A DNA stretch of 60,965 bases from a virus (Duplodnaviria; Caudoviricetes). The stretch covers positions 1 through 60,965 of IMG/VR virus record IMGVR_UViG_3300035144_000004. One strand, written 5' to 3'. Below, in pieces: positions 18,085 through 26,800 of this stretch. Within the stretch, counting starts at the first letter, position 1. Every line of letters starts with the position of its first letter. A model generated the notes under the pieces. That model was not told the origin of the DNA. It saw only the letters and a list, made by a program, of their open reading frames with translations, and did no database searches. The position numbers and the translations under genes were made by a program.

Positions 18085-19064
18085 TGGCATGGGATCCTAC
18101 ATTTGACTGGGCAGACGCGAGTAGCTTTAATGGAGAAGCGCGGAAGTTTTCTATCATGTCTGAATTAATTGATCAGCTCAATCTTAAAGGTGATGAGGTT
18201 GACGAGCCCAGTCTTTCACAGGTAGTCCGAGGGGAGGCTGTTGGCAAAGTTTCAGAGTTTACTTCTTCTTTTGATTCAGTTATCGCCGGGTTTTATGACC
18301 ACATAACAAACGATGGTCAAGACTGGACAGTAGCAAGGCTTGAAGCTGAGATCGGCATTAGTCGTCCGTCAACCGGCTCAGGTGGACTGCTTACACCTAC
18401 TTGGATTAATTGGACTTACCAAGCAATTAATCTGCTGTTGCATATATTTAAAAGAAGTGAGTACTGGACAGGTATCAATGGAAACTCAGGAGCTTGGAAA
18501 GATGGCTCATTCTCAAGGAGGTGGCCAACGTCGTCTAGTGTAAACGGCAGCGCCACAGTTAATACTGTATTGGGGCAGTTGGAGCTTATTATTACGGGCA
18601 CGACTGATTTAGAGGGTAATGACGAACCCGACACAGGTACGACTGAGTATGAGTACATTAATATGGTGACGTCCACACCAAGCAGTGATATGTATGTCAT
18701 AGGAAAGGGGTATATGTTCCGTTATGCTAACGATGCGACTGGATCAAATCCATCCCTGATATTATATGGCGATGGATTTACAACACCAGATTACATTGAT
18801 CCTGGTTGGATTTTGCTTGGATCAACAAGAGCTCTTAGCTATGATTCTTCTTACTACTCTGGAAAATGGACGCTTGTTAGGGATGATGCTGGAGCAGGTA
18901 GAATAGATCTAGAATATTATCACAATGACATTTTGATTGTAAGATACTTGAATATACAGATTGCGCCGCGTTTTGGCAGTCCGGAAATGAGAATACTTAT
19001 TAACAAGGGGACTGTAGATTTTGGATCTATTGAACTTTTTAACGATGGTTCCATTTTGCTGTGA
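18084..19064 (+). CDS. Hypothetical tail protein
   Basis: TAATG overlap; about 326 aa. Confidence 0.6.
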   Translation: MAWDPTFDWADASSFNGEARKFSIMSELIDQLNLKGDEVDEPSLSQVVRGEAVGKVSEFTSSFDSVIAGFYDHITNDGQDWTVARLEAEIGISRPSTGSGGLLTPTWINWTYQAINLLLHIFKRSEYWTGINGNSGAWKDGSFSRRWPTSSSVNGSATVNTVLGQLELIITGTTDLEGNDEPDTGTTEYEYINMVTSTPSSDMYVIGKGYMFRYANDATGSNPSLILYGDGFTTPDYIDPGWILLGSTRALSYDSSYYSGKWTLVRDDAGAGRIDLEYYHNDILIVRYLNIQIAPRFGSPEMRILINKGTVDFGSIELFNDGSILL

Positions 19065-19090
19065 TCAAGTACATAAAAGCGACATATTTA

Positions 19091-19118
19091 TTGAAACACG
19101 ATAAAGATAGCATATAAT
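19091..19118 (+). promoter_or_regulatory. Putative promoter for the ejection protein genes
   Basis: TTGAAA-16 nt-TATAAT in an intergenic gap. Confidence 0.6.
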
Positions 19119-19144
19119 ACATAACAAATAACGGAGGCTATACC

Positions 19145-20863
19145 ATGGCAACATTTGAAAGACGCAGGAAAGGACGGCAGGAACGCAGCAATATAATGGA
19201 ACAGGCTGGCGATGTGGCACAGCTTAACCGGATGTCTCCGCGTGTGTTCTCCCCAACTCGTGCAGATGAAGGTCGATTGCAGCGATCAAATGAGCAGCGT
19301 CAGCGTAATATTCTTGAGGGTCGGACACTGGATGTTCGGCGCTTCAATCAACGCAATATCGAAGAGGCTGAACGGATGGCGGAAGGTCGCCGCCGGTTTG
19401 ACCTTGGATTAGGCATGGACAAGAGACGCCTCGGCATGGCAGAGGAACGTCATAAGCTCGGCATGGAGGCTGGCAGGCATGGACTTCAGCGCAGTCGTAA
19501 GCTCGATGAGCGCGGCGATGTGGAATACGAGCACAAAAGAACTCGCAGGGGAATCATGGAAGGTCGAGCCGATGAAGAATACGGCAGAAATGCCATTATC
19601 CGCGACCTGCAACGCGGTTTGACCGAAAAGCAGATCCGCGAGAAACTTGGCAATGCTGACCCTGAATCAATCCGACTTGTGGCGCAACTATCAAAACAAT
19701 TCACACCCGATACGGTCAGAGGGCAGCTAAGGCGTCGCCGTGAGGCAGGCCAAGGCGTTGCTCCTGGACAAATGCGCCGACCTGGACAGGCTGATATTCC
19801 TGTTCAAGGGGAGGATGTTATTCCTCCAGTCGCAGATATTCCGGCAGCAGGCGAGGACGTAGATCCAGGCACAAGCGGTTTCCGCATTCGCCGGACAAGC
19901 TCCCTCCCACAGGGGCAGCAGCCGACACAGGTGGCACAGGCTCCAACCGATGATATTCCTATTTTGACCCCGCGTGAAGCGCCGGTTAGCTTGCGTGGTG
20001 CTCGCGGTACCCGTGGTGGGCAACGTGGCGGGGCTGGATTTGCCGCAACAAAAAACATTCAGATGATTGGTTCAGAGGCAGCTCAGGCCGGTATCACAGA
20101 AGATCAGCTATACGCCAATGGCAGGCCAACACCGAAACTTACAGCAGCAGCTCAATACATTGACCAAGGCATGACACCGCAGCAAGCGTTTGCCAGGGCA
20201 AGATTGCAGACTCAACAGCAGATTGCAGATCAGCAGTATGCAGCTGATAAGGAAATCGCCAAAGACAGCGTGTGGTATTTGCCTGATTCTGACGCGGTTG
20301 ATGAAGCTCAGGAGCGTATTGAGCAATATGAGGCTAATCAAGCCAGACTTGGCAGGCCGGTCACGCAGCAGGCCGCAGCCCCAGAAAAAGAGAAATACAT
20401 TGCTCCTCAAGGACGTGGCAGTCTGGCAATGAAAGCATTGAAAAGTGATGAGGCCACAGCACAACACAAAGCCGATGCGCTGAAGAACCTAAATGAGATG
20501 TTCCAAAACCCAGAGGATAACGCATACGAATTGTATGCCGCATTGAAGCAGCACGCCGGGCGTGACTTGATTAAGGATCATCCAGGAGCCAAACCTATAA
20601 TTCAACGCATGGTGTTTGAAAAAACCGGCATACGTTCAGAGTCACCAAAAGCTTTGGAAAAATCAGGACTCACAGAAAAAGACTTTGTTGAGGCTATTGT
20701 GCGCGAAAATCCATCATTCCTTGATGGCATTATATCTTTACTGGAAGCAACTGTAAATGTGCATTCCGGTGAACAGGCTGAACGCGAAAAAGCCGAAGCT
20801 GATCCGGCCAATATTGGCATGAGAATGTTCCGCGAAAGACAACGAGCAAGAGAGAGACGATAA
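19145..20863 (+). CDS. Putative internal virion (ejection) protein
   Basis: GGAGG RBS; R/Q/E-rich low-complexity 572 aa before the giant gene. Confidence 0.6.
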   Translation: MATFERRRKGRQERSNIMEQAGDVAQLNRMSPRVFSPTRADEGRLQRSNEQRQRNILEGRTLDVRRFNQRNIEEAERMAEGRRRFDLGLGMDKRRLGMAEERHKLGMEAGRHGLQRSRKLDERGDVEYEHKRTRRGIMEGRADEEYGRNAIIRDLQRGLTEKQIREKLGNADPESIRLVAQLSKQFTPDTVRGQLRRRREAGQGVAPGQMRRPGQADIPVQGEDVIPPVADIPAAGEDVDPGTSGFRIRRTSSLPQGQQPTQVAQAPTDDIPILTPREAPVSLRGARGTRGGQRGGAGFAATKNIQMIGSEAAQAGITEDQLYANGRPTPKLTAAAQYIDQGMTPQQAFARARLQTQQQIADQQYAADKEIAKDSVWYLPDSDAVDEAQERIEQYEANQARLGRPVTQQAAAPEKEKYIAPQGRGSLAMKALKSDEATAQHKADALKNLNEMFQNPEDNAYELYAALKQHAGRDLIKDHPGAKPIIQRMVFEKTGIRSESPKALEKSGLTEKDFVEAIVRENPSFLDGIISLLEATVNVHSGEQAEREKAEADPANIGMRMFRERQRARERR

Positions 20864-20865
20864 AC

Positions 20866-23800
20866 ATGAGCGAGTTTGACGCCCTTAGCAACCTTGACAG
20901 TGCAAAGCCAAAGCTTCCAGCATTAAGACGACCCAAAGCGCCGCAGGCTCCAAGGGTTGACGAGGTTAAAAGCGAGTTTGATGCACTGTCTGATATATCT
21001 GAGTTTGAAGCGCAACGCGCACAGCGTATTGCGGCAGAAGATCAGATCAGGCGTGAAGAATCTGCCGGCATGTCTACTTTCGGCAAGCAATTCCGTGCTG
21101 GCGTTCATGGAATGATCGGCACAGTTCATGCCGCGCGCGGGGCGCTCAACCGTCTGACTGGTGATTATGTTGACGAGGCTGCTGCATTGCGCAATGCTGA
21201 AGAACGTATGGCCATGGCCGCGTCATATCCTCGTCAAACGTCACTCACTGGAACTGAAGGAACGAAAAGTGCGTTTGAGGATCCGATTACATATTTCATG
21301 GAAACGGCAGGCCAAGCGGCTCCGTCGCTAATTGAATCTGTTGGAACCGGCATTTTGAGTGCTGCCGTTGCAACACAGATTACCCCTGGAATTGACCCGA
21401 CAGACGTTGCATTGGCTCCTACAGGTTTTGTCGCTGGCTTGCTTGGCAAGCAGGCCGTTAAGAAGATGCTTTTCAATTATCTCGGCAAAAACCTTGCTAA
21501 ACGAGTGATTGAGGTTGGGGCAAAGCATGGTGCAAAAGGTTTAGGTGTTGCGGCAGCCAGGAAGGTTATTCCGGCGATGTCGATTGCAGCCGTTACCGGT
21601 AGTCACGAAGCTGGCGGCATGTATATGGATCTCAAGGAGCGTGGTATTACTGCACCTGGCTCATCGTTGGCTATGGGGCTTGTTTCTGGATTGTCAGAAG
21701 GGCTTATGGGTGCAACTCCAAGCATGATGAAGCTTGTCGGGCATTTGGGTAAAAAAGGTATTGCCGATACGTTTAAGCGCCGGGGAGTCAAGGCCGCCGC
21801 AGGTATTCTATGGGATGCCGCTAAGGGTGCCAAGGAAGAAGGTATTCAGGAGGGATTTCAAGAACTATTGGCAATGGCCAACATGGATATCAACGATCCA
21901 AACCACAAGTGGACGAAAGAGAGCTTTATTCGCTTTGTAGAGTCGGCAGCAGCCGGCGCGGTTGTTGGTGGCGTTACCGGCGGTGCGGGTGGTATTCGCA
22001 CTGCTATTGGTGGTCTTCGTCAGGATCAGGCAGCAGCCCCGACAGCCATAATTGCAGAGGAAGAGGCCGCAATACCTCCGGAGAGCGCGGAAGGCCAGCC
22101 TTATGTGCCCCCCGATACATTGTCCGGACTGAGACAACCTCCAGCAGATATCGCCGATGCGGAGCTTGACTTGGGCATCCAGCCTATACCTCCAGAGCCA
22201 AGTTCGTTACAAGATCTCGATGACGACTCACGCAACCGCGTAGCCGCACACACTGGCAAAGGCAAGTTTCACCTTCTGAAGACTGCCAAGGACATGGGGT
22301 TGGACATTGACCCGAATTTGCCGAGAGCGCAAATTGCCCGGGCGATTGTGGATGCCGAAAATGCAGCCGTATCCCAACAAATCCAGCAGGAAGTTGCACC
22401 GGAACCAGTGCAAGAAGAGATTTTAGCTCCCGAGACACAGCAGGAACCAGAGGTGCAACCCGAAGTACGTCAGCCATTGGCTTTGACGGAAGATGAGGCA
22501 ATAGAACAATTCGGCACTCCAGAGGAACGCATTCAGGATGCCGGTAAAATCGCCATGAACGAACGCCGGATTGACAAGACTCAGCGCAGTTTTGACAGGT
22601 TCGCGCAGACCAATGAGGCGTTAAATAATCCTGCATTCGTGGCAGCAAATCAAGAGCTACTGAGTGCCGCCGAGAACGCGATTGCCCAGAACAACCATGC
22701 ATTGTTCAAGGATGCTCTGATCCCCCTGAAGAAAGAAATGCGCCGCTGGAAACGTGATCAGCGTCGGGCGATGGAGGTACGTCGTCAGAGCGCACAGGCG
22801 CGGCAAGCACAGCGTCGGCAACGTCTTCGCGATGTTACACCTATTCAAAAACCAGAAGTGGAGCAGATCCAAGATGAGCAGGACTTACAGGAGATTCCCC
22901 CAAGGCAGGAACAGCAGCAAGTGGGGCCGGTATTGCAGGAAGAAGCACAGCCGGTCACAGATCGGGAGCCGGAGGGAGTGTCCGTGGTGCCAGAGCGGGA
23001 AGCTGCACCGGCAGAAGAGGCAGACGCCGATCTAGATGCTCGCTACATTTCCAAGGACAGGTTGACAGAAGCAGAGGCCGCCGAGGTTACAGGCGTTGAA
23101 GCCATAGAGGGTGTTGAATTTGGGCAGTTCCGTGGAAAACGTGTTATGCGCTCAAGACGTACGGGCCCAGTATGGAGATTTCAACCGAGCCCAGGGGAAT
23201 TTGTTGCCGCAAAGAAAGCTGCACCAGAAAAAGTAGAGACAAAGAAGGCACCAGTTGAGCCCACCGAGGCACCCGCCCCCGCAGAGGCGGAGGCAAAGCC
23301 GGAAGAAGCCCAAGCGCAGGAGGTGGCACCGGAGGAAGAAGTTAAGGCAGAACCAACTACTGCCGCCAAAGAGCCAGCCCCGCAGCCAAAGGTGGAGAAG
23401 AAGGCCGAGAAAATTGAGGACTTTGGTGAAGTACTGCAAGGTGCACGTAAGCATTTTGCCGAAACATTTGAAGCCGCAAAAGAGTTGGATATCCGGTTAG
23501 TTCCGCTATCAAAGTCATTCCCTGCTCCAAATTATCAAGAGCTTGTTGACAAGGGCGTTGATCCTCTGGCGGTCGGCTGGGCTCGAACATTGCGCGAATC
23601 CATTGGGAATAAACCGCGCAAACGTGGTGTCGAGTATTGGGCAAAAACAACAGAATCAGTACGCAACGTGTTTGAAAAGCTGATTTCTGGCGACGTTTCT
23701 CCTGAAAAGATTGCAGCAGAGATAGGCAATACAAATGTGTACGGCAATCTCGATTATAAAACAAGGGGCCGTGCAGAATTGTATGCAGAGCTAGGGCATG

Positions 23801-26800
23801 AAAACTCATTGGCTGGCTACACTATGGCACAATCACACTTCAATCTCTACACTGATCGAAAAACTGGCGAAGTTCTTGAGAATGTTAATAGATGGCGTAT
23901 TTCAAATGATTCAAGGCGCGGTTATGCCTCGGATATTGCTACTGCTGAAACCAAGGAAGAGGTCATTTCCCTGTTCAAGACATTTCTTGATGAGAAGAAA
24001 GCTGCTGACAGTACCAAAGGAAAGAAATTCAAGATTGGCACTCTTCGACGCAATGGCAAGCATATCATTTTCAAAAAGATTCGCAGAAATGAAGTAATCT
24101 TAAGTCCTGAGTTTGATTCTCGTGTTGAGGCTGCGAAATATCTTGATGAGAATTTTGACAAAATCAATGAAGAGTTTGAAGCGTATCGGACGATTCACCC
24201 AGTCAGGAAGGATATCAATGACCCGCGTGTTGGTGAGGCGTATCGCGATGGCGATGTGACTCCTGAGTTATTTACCAATGCTTTTGGTTTTCGTGGCGTT
24301 CAATTTGGAAATTGGGTTGAAAATGACAAGCGGCAAGCTGATTTGAATGATTCGTTTGACGCGCTTATGGATCTTGCGGCCGTTCTTGGCGTTGAGCCCA
24401 AGGCACTATCTCTAAACAGTCGCATTGGCCTTGCATTTGGCGCTCGTGGCAAAGGTGGTAAGGGTGCTCCAAAAGCTCACTTTGAACGCGGTGCCGGTAT
24501 TATCAATTTGACCAAGAAAATGGGTGCAGGTTCATTGGCGCATGAGTGGTTTCATGCAGCTGATGAGACATTTGCTATTCAAGACGAATCAAATCTTACG
24601 ATGTTGTCAGATGCAAAGCCGTGGCATACTCCCAGGAAAATACGTCCAGAGTTACTACAAGCATTCAAAGACGTGCAAGCCGCCATTGCTGGAACAGAAC
24701 TAAAAAAGCGTTCAAAAGAACTGGACGCAAAGAGAACCAAGGATTATTGGTCAACAGACGTTGAAATGTCAGCGCGAGTATTTGAGCAATACGTAATTCA
24801 CATGCTGAACGCTCAGGGATTTTCCAACGACTTCTTGGCTAATATCGTAAGCGATCCTGAGGTATTTCTTGGAGGTGAGAAAGAGTTTCCGTATCTTCTA
24901 CAGTCAGAAGAAAAGCCTGTATTTCAGGCGTTCAATAATCTCTTTAAGGAAGTCAAGACGCGCAAGACTGATAAGGGTGTCGAAATGTTCCGTACCGCTC
25001 CCACCGCTACCCGCAAGACGTTGACCAAGCTCCAGGAGCGCGTGTTAGGCAATGAGTTTAAGCGGATGCTGGGAAGCAGCGCAAAACTTGAGTTTGCCGA
25101 CGCTCTGTTTGCTGGTGGTAAGGTTCGATTAGGTCAGTACGTTGACGCATTGGCCAAGGTTGCGCGTAATCAGACGCTGGAAGAAGCAGAGCTCACGACG
25201 TACCATGAGGCTTTCCACGCCGGGCTTGACCTGTTTGTTACTCCGAAGCAGAAAGAGTCAATCCTTGAGCAGTACAACGGCGACGAGGAAGCAGCAGCAG
25301 ACGCTTTCATGCAGTATGCCAAAGACCGTAAGAGTGTTGTCGGCAAGATCCGGATTGCATTTGGTAAGATCCTGAGTGCTATCAAGAAGGCGTTCGTAGG
25401 TGAGGGCAAGAAAGACCGCGCCATGGCCTTCTATGACAAGCTCTATACCGGAGAACTGGCAACACAGCCGACGACTGAAGTTGTTCCTGAGCTTGCCCCC
25501 GCGTTCCGCACTCGTAGCATACTAAGAAATACTATGGTTCAGTCATTAGGCCAGGAGACAAAGGCGTTGTTCGACAAAAGGATTGAACAAAAGCAGCCGC
25601 GTGAAAGGGCTAGGAGTTTGGAAGAGCTTATCGAGGCATCATTTGTGAATGAAGATAATGGAGATCATCCATTTGAAGGGTTCTCTGAAAAGGAATTACG
25701 TATCATAGATCCAACGTCATTCGATCCAAATGCGTCTACAGATGCGGTTGATGAGGCTTATGAAAAGGCCATTGGAATCAGCAATATCAGGTATCGCACG
25801 CTTGATATCAACGAATCATCCATAAAAGGCACTTTCCCAGGAGCTGAATTGTCCAAGGGTGATAAAATGTGGTCTGTGGTGCTTCCTGGCGGCTCAAAGT
25901 TTGACATCATTCTTGCCGAGGACATTCCGCTTGACGTTGAAAGCATAATGCGTGATTATAAAATGACACGTGAGCAAGCTAATTCGGTTAAATCAGCAGC
26001 CGGGGCAACTGCATCAGCCGGTGTAGCTCTCCGCCTTTCTGATGGCAATGTATTAACTCTCAATGACCTATCTATCTTGATTGATGAGTCGAAGTACGAT
26101 GACAGTACGATAAAGCACGAAGCGTTGCACACAGCAAAAGAGCTTGGCTTCTTCGATACGGCATACGGCAAAAGTCTTTGGGATGCGTTGATGTTGGAAT
26201 ATGGCAGCGAAGAAGCCATAGCGAAGGCACGAGGCGCGTGGGAAGGTCAATACGGCCTATGGGCGAACCTTGTGCAATGGTTCCATAGGATGGCCGCGAA
26301 TTTCGGTATTGAATGGAATCCGGACTTTGCCATGAATGAAACATTCACCTCTGAATTTTGGGCTCAAGGTGTAAAAGACTTTGATCCTAAGGAAATCAGT
26401 TATCAAGTAACGGTACCAGATCCGGCAAATGCACCTATAACAAGTATAAGAAACGACGTTGCCAATGAGTTGAGAAATCTCAGGGGCAAAGATAAGCTTG
26501 AAGGTGTTGAAGCTGAGACACAGGAAATGTGGCTCGACGATGCTGGCACCGCACTCCATTACGACAATTCTGCTGGAGGTCGCCTAATACAGGAAATGCT
26601 CAGAAATCCAAGGGTACTGAGCGATCGAGAAACAGCAATATTACAAGTTCACTATCGGCGTGAGTACAATGTCTATGAACGGCTTTCTGATAAGCTGTTT
26701 GTCCTCCAGGATAAAAATGCCCACCCGTCTGAAATAGCCACCGCTCAGGCTGAAGTTGATACTCAGTTCGCCGCTCTATCCAAGATTGAGGAAGCAACAA

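Noticed and set aside
10645-19064. Diversity-generating retroelement or invertible tail-fibre cassette
   Set aside because: No reverse transcriptase or invertase, and I saw no template/variable repeat pair.
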